From Octopus vulgaris (taxonomy: Eukaryota): 64,000 nucleotides of DNA. The translations under genes were made by a program, and so were the position numbers. The notes below the pieces were generated by a model, which ran no database searches, was not told the DNA's origin, and saw nothing but the letters and a program-made list of their open reading frames with translations. Location: contig OX597840.1 in the NCBI GenBank assembly GCA_951406725.2, forward strand, positions 2,604,001 to 2,668,000. Reading direction: 5' to 3'. Positions 14,721-29,728 of the stretch are shown piece after piece; the stretch's first letter is position 1, and each line of letters begins with the position of its first letter.

Positions 14721-15436
14721 TATGCATTACACAGACATGCATATGTATTCCTCTATTTTAAGCTTAGATATCTCATATGCAAGAAACACCCTCTCTATCC
14801 CATACCACTTCCTCTCTCTCTCTCCCTCCCACCCCATTCTCTCTTTCTACCTCTCACAACCCCCTTTCTTTCTCCCGCTCCAATTCTCTACAGAAAAAGT
14901 TGAGTGCTTTGCAAGTCCTTTTAAATATTGATCCGACGGAATATAATAATTATTATTTCAACACCATTCACACAAATCTATGCCCCTGTGATATCCATGT
15001 TGCGTTCAACGCACGTTTCATGCATAAGAAATAGTTTTTCCACGTTTGTGGATTGCATAGCTACACCACAAGTGTCGATGAACCAAATATGTAACATTTA
15101 ATCACACATACAGACACACACACTTTTGTGTTCACCTCGATTCTTGCAGCCACACACATATATAGCAACACACACAAGTACCCATAACTCTGTGTGTATC
15201 TGTGTGTACGTATTTGTGCGTGTTATGTTGGGCGTGTATGCGCTTGCGTGCGCATGTGTATAATTTCATTTTTAATACTTATAAAAATTCTACGTATAGA
15301 GAGGTATGGATTTGTATGATTCTAAATAGCAGGATATATGTGCTTGTGTATAATTGCATATATAAAGCTATACATACATGCATACATACATACATACATA
15401 CATACATAAACACACACACACACACACACATATATA

Positions 15437-15640
15437 TAGGGAGAGATTACGAAAAGAAACAAAAGACGAAGACAGGTGGTGTACAACACAAACAGATGTA
15501 TTAGTATATAACGCTCAGGAATAGGAAAAGCCTTTTAAGTTTCGAGCCTACGCTCTTCTACAGAAAGGGACACAGAAAAAAACAAGGAGAGAAACGAGGA
15601 GAGAAAAAAATGTGTGAAGTGGCTAACGATCTCTCATGAT
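15437..15640 (-). mobile_element. Short HHR-bearing repeat (family H, pLTR-like)
   Basis: Homologous to 27481-27650, 28268-28520, 32517-32705 and ~36095-36200. Confidence 0.75.
15531..15568 (-). ncRNA. Hammerhead-like motif, CUGUAGA core
   Basis: ccttt-CTGTAGA-a-GAGC gtag GCTC-GAAA-CT-TA-aaagg; helix III palindrome broken. Confidence 0.55.
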
Positions 15641-15689
15641 GTCTGGCTCGGATAGAAGGGTCACACACGAGGAGGAAATATATATATAT

Positions 15690-15965
15690 CTGAGACCCCC
15701 TTAGGTCATGACAATGACTATGGAATTGCACCTAGAAAGTTATCCTTCCAGGCACAAGTTAGGGCAAGGTTGTTTATGGAAGACCAGCAATCGGCCTTGC
15801 ATACCGGCCTCTCCTTTCCATGCCACCAGTGTTATCCAAGGGAAAGGCGAAGGGGCCGATACAGCTTTGCACCAGTGACGTCGCAGCTCAGTTCTACAGC
15901 TGAGTGAACTGGAGCAATGTGAAATAAAGGGTCTTGCTCAAGAACACAACATGCAGCCCAGAGCA
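15690..15965 (-). mobile_element. 5'-truncated SINE (central domain plus tail)
   Basis: Central block shared with ~4688-4740. Confidence 0.6.
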
Positions 15966-16056
15966 TGATTAGCAGAAGCAACAGTGACTCAAGATCCATC
16001 ACTCTTAGTTATATTTTTCTATTGTATCAACATACCTATATATATATATATATATA

Positions 16057-16190
<134 letters not shown>

Positions 16191-16244
16191 TAACCATTTG
16201 CGTACACACATTCTTCAGGCATATTTATATGAATGCATTTATTA

Positions 16245-16282
16245 TCTTGAAGAGTCCGACTAAACGAATGAAAGCGCTAAGA
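16245..16282 (+). ncRNA. Degenerate hammerhead-like motif
   Basis: tct-TGAAGA-GTCCG actaaa CGAAT-GAAA-GCGC-TA-aga; core C missing, stem II imperfect, palindrome AGCGCT. Confidence 0.4.
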
Positions 16283-17039
16283 AACAATTATCCAAACTTC
16301 TGACTGACTCCTTCTTAATATAGAATACCTGTACACCACTTCAAACACTCTATACACACATGCATACATGTATACATACATACGATTAAGGTTGTTCTGC
16401 ATTGTTGCAGAGGAAAGGCAGACTGAAGTAATTTTATATATATACTTGTTTCAGTCATTTGACTTCGGCCATGCTGGAGCACCGCCTTTAGTCGAGGAAA
16501 TCGACACCAGCACTTGTTCTGTGGAAACCTAGTACATATTCTATCGTTTTCTTTTGACGAACCGCTAAGTTACGGGGACGTAAAAACACACAACCATCGG
16601 TTGTCAAGCGATGTTGGTGGGACAAACACAGACACACAAAGATATACACACACATAGATACATGTACATATATACGACGGGCTTCTTTCTATTACGTTAA
16701 TTTTTATATACATGTATGTGCTTGTACATATATTTGTGTGTGTGTGTGTATGAATGGATGTATGTATATCTAAGTATGTGTGTATACATAGTCATATATG
16801 TATAATATAAGTATATATGAATATATTATATATTGCACATGTATACACACAAACACACACACGTAATATAATGATGTACACTATACATAACGTTGTGTTG
16901 GTTTAAATGTTTTGAAATATTTTGGTAAGATTATTTGAATTATTCTCGAAATTACATGAACAACAGCATAGTATTCAAACTGGGAGTTATCGTTTTACTA
17001 AAGCTACCTTTCTGCCACTTTTTTGATCACACGGTGGCA

Positions 17040-17460
17040 TTAGCATTTTTGCCGCATAATGGTAATTAATCCGCGCGTTCGATGTACAGGTGGTCATGGA
17101 TTGTTCGACCGTCCGAAACAAATTCTTAGTGAAGTAACCCCTGATGATTCCACTACATGTAGAGCATCATCTCATCATCTCAAGCTCAAAATACCCACGT
17201 TTGGCGTCAGATTCCGGAAGCTAGCACCTGCTTAACCACTCCTCATAATCGTTAGGTTTGCTGATAAAATAGCTCCCTCGGATTATTGCTTGTTCCAATC
17301 CGTGGCTCACTTCCTGTGTTTGTGATGATTCATCAATCAAGGCGATATAGCATCTTCAGTCAAAGAGGTTTTCACCTGGAATATCAAGAACTGATATCAG
17401 CGTTGAATAAAATAACGAGTAGAGATGTGTATTCAGACGGTGCCTCTACGTTGAATGCTT
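17040..17460 (+). pseudogene. Decayed mariner transposase, C-terminal fragment
   Basis: 17269-17316 reads IAPSDYCLFQSVAHFL, matching mariner (YSP)DLAPSDYHLF; upstream FLPHNGN resembles LLHDNA; stops and frameshifts present. Confidence 0.65.
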
Positions 17461-17744
17461 GGCTAGTTTTGTGCTAACTTGAAGAATGAAGTGAATAAGT
17501 TATCAAAATATTGCAAAAAGATTTAGCTCAAAACTATATCTATCTACCTATATATAATAGAATACTGCAGCTTTCTGCGGTATTGCCCATAGCATATACG
17601 TGGGTATACAGCTTGAATAGTGTATTCACGTTAGGCTCTATAAGTTTTAGAAGTGTTGGTTGGATATCTGCTACATGATGACGCTTTGTTGTGTGCATAT
17701 TCGGCTATAATACTTTCAAATTTTATTTAAAAAATGGGAAATAC

Positions 17745-17803
17745 TATACTGAAGAGAGAAGTAAGTAACTTTTAAATTATTTTAATCTCGAAACGCGTAT
17801 ATA
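17745..17803 (+). ncRNA. Minimal type I hammerhead ribozyme, canonical core
   Basis: tata-CTGAAGA-GAGA ... TCTC-GAAA-CGCG-TA-tata; helix III palindrome ACGCGT. Confidence 0.7.
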
Positions 17804-17987
17804 ATTAATCGTGGTCATGTTGATTCATTGTTTTTGTCTTTGCCATCATTAAAAAAGTATGTTTACCGTCATGAAGATTCTTATAGTAGTAGAAAGGGAA
17901 TTTTTAACTCCTTGTTCTAATTACGATATATCATGAAGCAGTTAGCTGAACCCTAATTATAATTACCTACATATATATATATGTATA

Positions 17988-18044
<57 letters not shown>

Positions 18045-18206
18045 TACCGATTTTTACCTGCAAATTAGGGTTAGCATATCCTGTTCAGGCTATATTATTA
18101 GCAGTATTCTGCATTTGAGAATTTAAAATCTCTGCTTTAACTTTCCAAGACATCTCACCGCTTCTAAAGCAGACTTCGTTTATTTGTTTACGTTCATCGT
18201 AATTTG

Positions 18207-18209
<3 letters not shown>

Positions 18210-18261
<52 letters not shown>

Positions 18262-18988
18262 CATATAGATATAGATGGATAGATAGATAGATAGATAGAT
18301 ATTATTATATAGATAGATAAATAGATAGATAAAAACATACACAAATACAGACATGCATACATACATACATACATACATACACACATACACACATACATAC
18401 ATACATACATACATACATACACACATACATACATGCATACACACATACATATATACATACATACATACACAGATACATACATACATACATACACACACAC
18501 ATACATACATACATACATACAGACATACACACATACAGACATACACGTATCAGTATGTATATATATATCTATGGTTCCAATAGGTTGGTTTGTAAACTTG
18601 ACATACTTAAACATAACTCTTTTATAAACAGATGCTACATTACAAGCGGTGTCAAAAAACTTCATCACACTTCGAGTAGAATACATTTTACAAGGTAAAA
18701 CAATGAACCAAACACACCTCACTAATGTTACCAAGCATGCACTGTATAAACTCTGGCCGCCATAACTAAATCCACCACGCACTCTGACATTACATAACCG
18801 TTGGAATTGGTCAGATTGTTTGGAAGAATTCCTTTACCCAATCGTGGTTTGATTGTTGCAGGCGTAATCTGGCCATATTATTCCGTCATCAAATTATAAT
18901 TAATCCGTGACATGAGACGAGGGAATATTATATGCATATATACGTATACGACTGCGTGAGTGTGTGTAGGTGATCATGAATGTATGTA

Positions 18989-19023
<35 letters not shown>

Positions 19024-19053
19024 ACATGTGTATATAAACCTATATATATGTGA

Positions 19054-19084
<31 letters not shown>

Positions 19085-19116
19085 TACATATGCCAAGTAA
19101 ACAAGGGAGATCATAC

Positions 19117-19168
<52 letters not shown>

Positions 19169-19313
19169 GCATGTGCATATATATATATACATATATATGC
19201 ACATACTTTCTTTATATACATACATACATATGTACACATATGTTTATACACATATATATATATATGTATATATTTATATATATATAAATATGTATATATA
19301 CTCAAGTTTATAC

Positions 19314-19347
<34 letters not shown>

Positions 19348-19598
19348 GTGTATATATATATGTATATGTATATATATATATATGTATACATATGTATATG
19401 TGTATGTATATATATATATATATATATATAGACACATATACAAGGCATATATACATCCATACATATATATATCAATTGATCTTATATTGATATAGCCTCC
19501 TTATCCTTCTCTCCCTTACACGCATTCTCTAACTCACTCCCTCTCTCTCACTGCCAGCCTCTCCCCCAAATCATGTTGCACATGTCTCCAACTCTCAT

Positions 19599-19645
<47 letters not shown>

Positions 19646-19950
19646 GAATCCCTATCACACGTTCTATCTGATTCCCATTTTGGTCCCTTGAGATTCGACT
19701 GCAATATGTTTCTGTAAACTGACCAATCCATGCATGCAGTGGTCAAAGCACAAAGCCAGCTCGGTCTTGCCACGCACTCCATTACTATCACATACACAGA
19801 CTTTGTGTTACACACCAACAGAAACACACACAGGCACACACTCACGTATACGTAGTCTTAAGCAACCAGGATGACAAATATATGTGTGAGTGTGTTTATA
19901 TGTATATATATGCTTATATAAATGAGAGCGCTTGCTTTGTGCATACATGC

Positions 19951-19986
<36 letters not shown>

Positions 19987-20073
19987 ATAGATAGATAGAT
20001 ATATGTATATACGTGTATACATACATATACATATATATATATATACATACATTTATATATATATATAATATAT

Positions 20074-20104
<31 letters not shown>

Positions 20105-20133
20105 CATTTATATTATACATATATAAATATATG

Positions 20134-20174
<41 letters not shown>

Positions 20175-20221
20175 ATTTATACACATGTATATATGTGTGC
20201 GTGTCTGCAAACTATCCATGC

Positions 20222-20263
<42 letters not shown>

Positions 20264-22071
20264 GTATATATATATATATATATATAAGTTTATAAATATT
20301 CATATATATATATATATATATATAGAAATATATATTTGTATGTATGTTTGTATGTGCGTGTGCACATATATATATATATATATACATATACACATATACA
20401 GACAATTAATGTAACTCCCTCTCTCTCACCCTCTCACAATTTCTGTCTCTTCCTCCCTCTCTCTCTCTCTCTCTCTCTCTTTGTCTCCCTCTCTTTATAT
20501 CGTTCTTATTTACATAATCGTGTGTTCAACACTCGGTTTATGCAGCGTAAATCATTGCTCTGCTCATGTCTTCCTGACTTAGCAATACAAACGCTACAAT
20601 ATTCAGACCACTTGCCCAAAGACCACATCACACACACACACATAGACACACACACATACAGAGACACACACAGAGACACACAAACAAATACATATATACA
20701 AAGCGCAGCAGATATTCATACAAGTATGTTCACAGATACGGACATACGTCTACACATAAGCATGAACGCACGTAAACATAGGTTCGGCTCTTAGGCACAA
20801 TTTAACCGCCATTACATTAGACATACGGTCGTCACACTCATAAGAACGCAAGCGTATATGTGTGTGTGTATAGATGTGTCTTTGCACGTGTGTATATGCA
20901 TTACTATATATAAATATATGTATGTTTCTGTGTGTGTGTCTGTGTGTGGATAGATTGATGAGTGTACGTATGTATGCATTACTATATATAAATATATGTG
21001 TGTGTAAGTGTGTGTATATAGATAGATGAGTGTATACATTACTATATATAAATGAGTATACATTACTATATATAAATATGTGTGTGTGTGTGTGTGTATA
21101 GATAGATGAGTGTACGTATGTATACATTACTATACATAATTATGTGTGTGTATGTGTGTGAGCGTGTGTGGATAGATAGAAGAGTGTGCGTATGTATGCA
21201 TTATTATATATAAATATATGTGTATGTGTGTGTGTGTGTGGATAGATAGATGAGTGTACGTATGTATGTATTACTATATATAAATATGTGTGTATGTGTG
21301 TATATGTATAGATAGATGAGTGTACGTATGTATGCATTACTATATATAAATATATGTGTGAGTATGTGTATATATATATGTGTGTGTGGATAGAGATATG
21401 AGTGTACGTATGTATGCATTACTATATATAAATATATGTGTGTGTATGTGTATATATATATGTGTGTGTGTGTGGATAGAGAGATGAGTGTACGTATGTA
21501 TACATGCATGTATCTATCTATGTATGTATGTGTAGTCCTTTACGAGTGTATCTTTGTATGTGTGGCTGTATGTATATGTGCGTCTGTGTGTGTATGTGTG
21601 TGTATGTATGTACGTGTGTATGTATAAAGACAAATATGGTTAAAGAACAATGCATAAATACGCACTAACATACCGTCATATTCACATATACTTAACAGAA
21701 TCTTGGAGTTACACACATTTCTTTTTCTCTCTGTCTGTTTCTCTCTCTCACTATGACTCTCTGCTTTTCACGGAGAGACATAAGCGTGAACACTCATAGA
21801 ACGACTATCGTACAAGCTACGCAAATTAATACACTTATTTGCGTTACAATAGTATTATACACATTGCTTACAGTCTTACATATTGCATTCATACAGAGTT
21901 GCACACACATACACACACAAACACACCCTCATAAACACACACAAGCACTCACGTACACATACACACACGTATATACAAGTATGTGGAGGTATATAGGCGC
22001 GCAAATACGAAAGTCTGCACAAAGACAAGCCTACGTCATCAAAATACATAGCAATGAATGTGTGCACACAT

Positions 22072-22135
<64 letters not shown>

Positions 22136-22206
22136 ATGTATGCATGTATGTATGTATGTATGTATGCATGCATGCATGTATATATGTATGTATATATATA
22201 TATCTA

Positions 22207-22253
<47 letters not shown>

Positions 22254-22371
22254 ATAAATAGATAGATAGATATGTATGCGTATATATCTAGATCAATATA
22301 TGTATATAGAAGTGTGTATATAAGCCAATATGTATATGCAATTATTATAAGTGTCTGTTCATTTGTTCATC

Positions 22372-22408
<37 letters not shown>

Positions 22409-22468
22409 GCATATATGTGAATATATGGATATATAAATATGTATATATGTGTGTATATGTGCGTATGA

Positions 22469-22514
<46 letters not shown>

Positions 22515-22587
22515 ATGCATATATGTGTGTATGCATATATACATATATATATACATGCACATACTAACACCTCAAATACACCGGCAC

Positions 22588-22618
<31 letters not shown>

Positions 22619-22999
22619 CGCACTTGCACGGCATTACATAAGAGTGTCACCATGAACATAGACACTAACAATCTCACACAGACACACACACATATAGACT
22701 TACACACACACACACATATACACACTCACATACACTCACACGCATATACGGGCGGTCACACAGCTGCTTATGCATCGCCTTCCCATAATTCTTTACGCTT
22801 CATAATCCGAGCGCCTTCTGATCGCTTCCACCTTCAACTTCCGGTATTCTACTTCGCTTCACATCTCGGCACTTCTTCGTTTCCTGCGCCACTGAAATGT
22901 TGAAATTAAACAGCAACATACGCCGTCTGAAGTGTGCGTATACATATGCACCGATCTAATCATTTACACGTACGCATGCAGAGACGAATATACGTGCAA

Positions 23000-23058
<59 letters not shown>

Positions 23059-23069
23059 GATACACATAG

Positions 23070-23114
<45 letters not shown>

Positions 23115-23285
23115 TATGTATATATATGTACATATATATGTGTATATTTATATATATATATATATATATATATTAAATATATATATGTATATATGCACAC
23201 ACACATACAGACACCACACATATATATTTATAAACACAATATATATATGTATATATCTATCTATCTATATATAGATATATATGTA

Positions 23286-23353
<68 letters not shown>

Positions 23354-23463
23354 TATACGTGGACGCTTATATACCTAACTACGAATACTATTTGCAATTT
23401 TTTTATCAATTGTCCTTCGTTCTAACTATATATGTACGTGTGTTTATCTATAATTACACACAT

Positions 23464-23507
<44 letters not shown>

Positions 23508-23779
23508 GTTTCTCTCTCACTGTTCATTTCCGTACACTTGGGGGAATGGGGGTAATGTCCTCGCCTCACACCACGCTGTCCAAAACGAGAAAACGTCGTG
23601 GTGTCACGGAAACCTATTTTTAAACCATACACCAGGTTTCGCAGATATATTCTGAAGGAAAAGTAGAAGCATCTCTGAATTTGTGTCGCGCTACATACTC
23701 ACACACTCACTCTCTCTCACACAAACACATACACATGTATGCATGTTCGTATGTGTGTGTCTCTATTGTATGTAATATA

Positions 23780-23823
<44 letters not shown>

Positions 23824-23835
23824 AATATGTATATA

Positions 23836-23873
<38 letters not shown>

Positions 23874-23953
23874 CGTGTGTATGTATGTATATATATATAC
23901 ACAAAGAAAGGGGAGATGTGTATTTTCTTCCTCATTCTTTCTCTCTCTCCCTT

Positions 23954-24052
<99 letters not shown>

Positions 24053-24176
24053 TTATACATTTATACAGATACTTCTATTTGTATATTTATCAGCAATACA
24101 TTCGTTTTTGCGCGTATACAAAAATGTGTATATACGTACACACATGTGTACTACACGCAGACACATACATGCATAC

Positions 24177-24225
<49 letters not shown>

Positions 24226-24420
24226 CATATATATTTATTTATATATACATAAATATATCTAAACATACAACTGTACATAAATATATATACATATATATAT
24301 ATACATGCAAATACATATATATATATATATAAATAAATATATATGCATTTGTATATATATTTATGTGTGTGTGTGTCTGTGTGTGTGTATGTGTGCGTGT
24401 GTGTCTGTTAAGATACGTGT
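18210..24420. repeat. Extended (TA)n/(CA)n/(TACA)n microsatellite field with short unique spacers
   Basis: Direct reading. Confidence 0.9.
20890..21505 (+). repeat. Minisatellite, ~65-80-bp unit
   Basis: GATAGATGAGTGTACGTATGTATGCATTACTATATATAAATAT followed by (TG)n recurs about eight times. Confidence 0.85.
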
Positions 24421-24559
24421 GTTCTATGTTAAATATGTCAAGTACACACCTCACCTCTCCTTAATTTCTTTGATAAATCTTTATTTCATAGGAATCAAAC
24501 GGAATGAATGTTCATTTATTGTATTTGCCTGGAATATTACTAACGTTTGTAATGGCTTT

Positions 24560-24879
24560 AGGTGATGGCGGTGGTGGTGGAGGAGAAGGAGGGAGAGGGG
24601 GCAATGGTGATGCGTGGACGATGGTGGTGGTGGTGGTGGTGGTGTGTGCGTGTGTTTGATGGGAGGATAATAGTGCTGGTGGTAGTTGTTGTTGTTGTTG
24701 GTGGTGGTGATAGTGGTGGTTGTTGTGTCGTTGGTGCTGATGTTGCTAGTGGTGGTGTTGGTGGTGCTGGTGGTTGTAATGATTGTGTTGGCGGTGGTGG
24801 TAGTATTAGTAGTAGTAGTAATAGTGGTAGTAGAGGTGGTCCTGTTGGTGGTAGTAATAGTAATAGAAATAGTAGTAGT

Positions 24880-24911
<32 letters not shown>

Positions 24912-25041
24912 TTTGTTGTGGTGAGTGTGTTGTTTGTGTTGTAGGTAGTAGTAGTGCTAGTAGTAGTGGTGGTGGTGGTAGTGGTGGTAGTGCTAATTTT
25001 GTTGGCGATGGTGGTAGTATCAGTAGTAGTAATAGTAGTAA

Positions 25042-25073
<32 letters not shown>

Positions 25074-25263
25074 ATGTGGTGGTGATAATGCTGTTTGTGA
25101 TGTTGGTAGCGTTGGCTGTAGTAGTAGTAGTAGTGGTGTTAGTGATTGTTTTGGTGGATGTGGTAGTAGTAGTAGTAGTAGTAGTAGTAGTATGGTGGTG
25201 GTGTTGGCGGTGGAGGTGGTAGTGGTTGTGGTAATTGTGTTGTTGGTGGTAGTGGTGGTCGTG

Positions 25264-25336
<73 letters not shown>

Positions 25337-27190
25337 CAGTAGTGTAGTAGTAATGGTGGTGGTGGTTGTAGTGGTAGTCGTAGCTGTGGTACTTGTGGTC
25401 GTTTAGGGAAATTTGGCGACGGCGGTGGTGTCGGTGGTAGTAGTAGTTGTGATCCTGGTTGATGTGCGAGGTTGGATTGGTTCTGCTGGTGGGGAATTGG
25501 CGGTTGTGGTGGTCGCGAGTAGCAGTAGTAGTGTAGGCTGGTGTTTGTGGCTGCTGTGGAGGTGGTGGTGGTGGTAGCGGTGGCGGCGGTGGGTGCAGTG
25601 GTGGTGGATGTGGTGGTAGCGGCGGTGGTAGGTGTGGTAGCTGATGTTTGTTGCTGTGGTGATGGTTGTGATTGTCGTTGCTATTGTTGTTGCTGTGGTG
25701 GTGGTGGTGATGGTGGTGGTGGTAGCAGTGGCGGTAGTAGTAGTGGTAGTTGTGGTGGTAGAGATGTTTGTTTGGTGGTGGTAGTAATAGTAGCAGTAGT
25801 AGTGTAGGCTGGTGTTTGTGGCTGCTGTGGCGGTGGTGGTGGTGGTAGCGGTGGTGGTAACGGTGGGTGCAGTGGTGGTGGATGTGGTGGTAGCGGCGGT
25901 GGTAGGTGTGGTAGCTGATGTTTGTTGCTGTGGTGATCGTTGTAATTGTCGTTGCTATTGTTGCTATTGTTGTTGCTGTGGTGGTGGTGGTGAGTGGTAG
26001 TAGTGGTGCTATGGTTGTTGCTGTGGTGGTGGTGGTGATGGTTATGGCGGTCGTAGTGGTGGTAGGATAGTTTTAGTGGTGGTAATGGTATTGTTGTTTT
26101 TGTTGTTGTTGTTGATGGTGGTGGTGATAGTGGTGGCGTTTGTTGGTACTTGTTGCACTGGTAGTGCTGGTGCTGCTACTAGTGCTGATGGTGGTGGGGC
26201 GGTTGTGGTGCTTGTGGGACCGGTGCTTGTGGGACCGGTGCTGGTGGTAGTAGTGCTGGTGGTGGTGGTGAGGAGTGCAGTGTAGGTTGTTGCTGGCGTT
26301 TGTTGTTTTGTGGAGATAATATTAACTCTTCTCCTTCCTGTGGTTGTGGTGTCGGTGGCATCAGTTGTGGTTATGGTGTTGGTGGTAGTACAGGGTTTTG
26401 CAACTATTGTTGTTCTTTTAACGGCCGCCATTTTTTCTTCCTTATTGCTTGTTCCTAATGTTGCCCTTACAGCTGCTAACTTTGTTGCTGGTAGCGATAG
26501 TTTGATGGCTGTGGTGGTGGTGATGCTGGTGGTGGTGCTGGTGGTAGTGGTAGTGGTAGTGGTGGTGATGGTGGTAGTAGTGGTAGTGGTGGTGCTGATG
26601 GTGGTGGTGATGGTGATAGTGGTGGTGGTGGTGATGATTGTGGTGGTGGTAGTAATGATGTTGGCTGTGGTAGTGGTAGTCGTGGGTGGCGGTGGTGCTG
26701 GTGGTTGTGGTAGTAGTGGTAGTGGTGGTGGTGATGGTGGTGGTGATGATTGTGGTGGTGGTAGTGGTGGTAGTTGTAGTGTTGGTGTTGTTGGTGGTGG
26801 TGGTGCTGCTGCTGCTGCTGATGGTAGTGGTGGTGGTGGTGGTACTGCTGCCGCTGCTAGTGCTGGTAGTGATGGTGGTGATGGTGGAAGTGGTGGGAGA
26901 GGTGGTGGGGAGGCAACTCTATATCTGCTTTTCCTTTACATTATCATAGACATTCCTGCTGCTGATGTTTGTGGTTGTTATTGTTTTCCTTGTTGCTGTT
27001 GTTGTTGCCAGGTGAGGTGCTAAGGTTACTGTTGGAGGTCACCATTTCTTCTTCTTGTTGATGTTAACGTTGTCGATCGAGGTGTTGCTGGTGCTGGTAG
27101 TTGTGGTGGATTTGTAGATGGTGGCTGTGATACCATTGTTATTGTGGTGGTTGTCGATGTTGTTGTTCTTGTTGTTGCTGTTCTTGCCTT
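24560..27190. repeat. Low-complexity (GGT/GTA/GTT)n block with an internal ~271-bp tandem duplication (~25520-25990)
   Basis: GTGTAGGCTGGTGTTTGTGGCTGCTGTGG starts at ~25531 and again at ~25802. Confidence 0.9.
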
Positions 27191-27330
27191 TATTGGTGTT
27201 TTTGCGAATAATATTTTTTATTATTTTGGCTTTGTTTTTTTGTTTTATATTTTCATGTTTGATCAGGAGGTAGTTTCAATGACCTTAGCAGAACTTTGAT
27301 TAAACTCTCGCAGATTTTCTCAGCCCCTCG

Positions 27331-27378
27331 CTGACCTCAGATGACCTCAGCTGACCTTAGCTAACCTTAGCTGACATC
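27331..27378 (+). repeat. 10-bp tandem repeat CTGACCTYAG x5
   Basis: Direct reading. Confidence 0.85.
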
Positions 27379-27430
27379 TCCATATCAGATCGACAAGGTT
27401 TGCTTTCTTGGTCATTGTTCCACGTAATGG

Positions 27431-27484
<54 letters not shown>

Positions 27485-27570
27485 AAGGTTTACGAAAAAA
27501 ACAAAAGACGAAGTCAGGTGGTGTACAAAACAAACAGATGTATTAGTCTAACGTTCAGGAATAGAAAAAG

Positions 27571-27608
27571 TCTTTCACATTTCGAGCCTACGCTCTTCTA
27601 CAGAAAGG
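27571..27608 (-). ncRNA. Degenerate hammerhead-like motif, CUGUAGA core (family H)
   Basis: cttt-CTGTAGA-a-GAGC gtag GCTC-GAAA-TG-TG-aaag; cleavage triplet mutated. Confidence 0.5.
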
Positions 27609-28395
27609 TACACAGAAAAAAAACAAGGAGAGAAAAAAAGGAGAGAAAAAATATATATATATTTAATGATTGCAAGGAAAAAACGCTTCTCGAAACGAAG
27701 GATCGAACGTGTCATGTCATCTTGTAAGGGAGAACATAAGATATACTGTAATTATCAACATATAATACGCGCAATGTTTACTGTTATATCTATATAAACA
27801 ACGCGAAAAGCGAAGAGACTAATACGCAAAGAAAAAAAGGACTGCAAAAATTTTTTTATTACTCTTTTCTTTGGTTTCTCTCTTGTCCATGCATTCAGTA
27901 TGACCGAACTTTCAATAATGTACATTTATCTTCGCCGAACATTTACTTTGATATTATCTATCCCTGTGAAACTCTATGTGAAATCTATGTGAACACTTGA
28001 TAATTTGACTAAACATGTTTGTACATTTTTTACTTCTTATTTTTCAACTGAGTTAAAATATCCTTGCTTTATATATGTATTTGAACCATCTTTAAACACA
28101 AAAAAATGTTGAAACTAGTTATGTGAATAAATATATGTGAATAAATCTATTTAAAACCAACTACATTTTTCAAATTCGGGTTCATTTACATACCCCAAAA
28201 CAATTTCTCATATATATATATATATATATGTCTGTGTGTATGTATATACAATTATATATATATATAACGGGAAGCTTTATGAAAATAGACAAAAGACGAA
28301 GGCAGGTTTACGGAAATAAACAAAAGACGAAGGCAGGTGGAATACAAACAAACAATTGTAGTAGTATGGCGCTCAGGAAATATAAATAAAACAAG

Positions 28396-28433
28396 TCTTT
28401 AACGTTTCGAGCCTACGATCTTCAACAGAAAGA
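28396..28433 (-). ncRNA. Hammerhead-like motif, CUGUUGA core (family H relative)
   Basis: tcttt-CTGTTGA-a-GATC gtag GCTC-GAAA-CG-TT-aaaga; perfect 5-bp stem I. Confidence 0.6.
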
Positions 28434-29067
28434 TACACAGAGAAGAAACACAGAAAGAATGAGAGAAAAAAATGCGTGCAGAGGCTAGCGAATCAACATG
28501 GCGATCTGATTTCGGCCAGAAGTCAAAGATCAAGCGTGAGACGCAAGAGCGAAATTAGGGGAGATAATAGGGTTAAATGACCTCGCCCCAACATAAGAGT
28601 GTGTGTGTGTGTATGAGAGAGTATTAGTGCGTATGAGAGGTCTGGACGTGTGTATGTATATATGATGTGATGTGTAAAGTCGTATGGTGTAGAGTAGAGA
28701 GAGGAGATGAGGTAAGAGGGGGGAGGTAAGGGAGAGATGAGGAGGAGAGAGGGGAGGGGGAGGGGGAGAAAGAAAGGGGAGAAGAGGGGAGAAGATGGGG
28801 GAGGAGGAGAAGGAAGGAGAGGAGAAGAGGAGTGGAGAGGAGGAGGGAAGATAGAGGGAGAGGGGGAGAGAGAGAGAAGTGGAGTGAGGGAGCAGAGAGA
28901 AAGAGGGAATGAGAAGAAGGAAGAAGGAGGGAGGGAGAAAGAGGGAAGAAGGGAAGAGGAGTAGGGGTGAAAGGATGAAGGACTGAAGAGAAGTAGTGGT
29001 CGGCGGAGGTTAGATGAGGAGGGGGAGGGGGTTGAGACCAAATGACGTCAAAGAGCGAAGAGAGAAG

Positions 29068-29128
<61 letters not shown>

Positions 29129-29285
29129 AAATGGATAAATGAATTATCTTGTTACGGATTATTCAAATTATTCAAATTATAACCGATACCTGGGTATCAA
29201 AAATCACAACAGAAAAATCACGGTTGAGGTTACGACCATGGGGTCTCAAAACCGTGCCTTAGTGCGGAAATTTGAAGTTTTATAT

Positions 29286-29585
29286 ATTTAGTGAGGGAAG
29301 AAATGGAGCTGAAGGAAGATTTTACAAAATTCCTTTTTATTATTTTCTACATATGTTTCAAAGGCTGCAAGTCCTAATTCGATTGAATAAGGAGACCATC
29401 CCTAATTCGGATTGAATAAAATGAAGATTTAAGTTCCTGGATTTTCCTGAAGAGAAAGCTGCAAAATAGTCTCCTTATTCAATCCGAATTAGGGACTTTG
29501 CAGCCTTTGAAACATATGTAGAAAATAATAAAAAGGAATTTTGTAAAATCTTCGTTCAGCTCCATTTCTTCCCACTCACTAAATA
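29286..29585 (+). mobile_element. Fold-back pLTR remnant (arms ~29286-29396 and 29469-29585)
   Basis: ~110-bp inverted arms overlapping an HHR; TA tracts on both sides. Confidence 0.75.
29441..29526 (+). ncRNA. Type I hammerhead ribozyme, canonical core, long stem II
   Basis: ATTTTC-CTGAAGA-GAAAGCTGCAAA ... TTTGCAGCCTTT-GAAA-CATATG-TA-GAAAAT; 6-bp stem I; palindrome ACATATGT. Confidence 0.8.
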
Positions 29586-29616
29586 TATATATATATATAT
29601 ATATATTTCATATATG

Positions 29617-29728
<112 letters not shown>

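Noticed and set aside
17141-17175. CTGATGA hammerhead core or snoRNA box
   Set aside because: No stem II/GAAA partner downstream; lies inside the mariner relic
20890-21505. CRISPR-like repeat/spacer pattern (also 8520-8612 and the SINE C arrays)
   Set aside because: Spacers are microsatellite or homologous to each other; no cas genes; eukaryotic context
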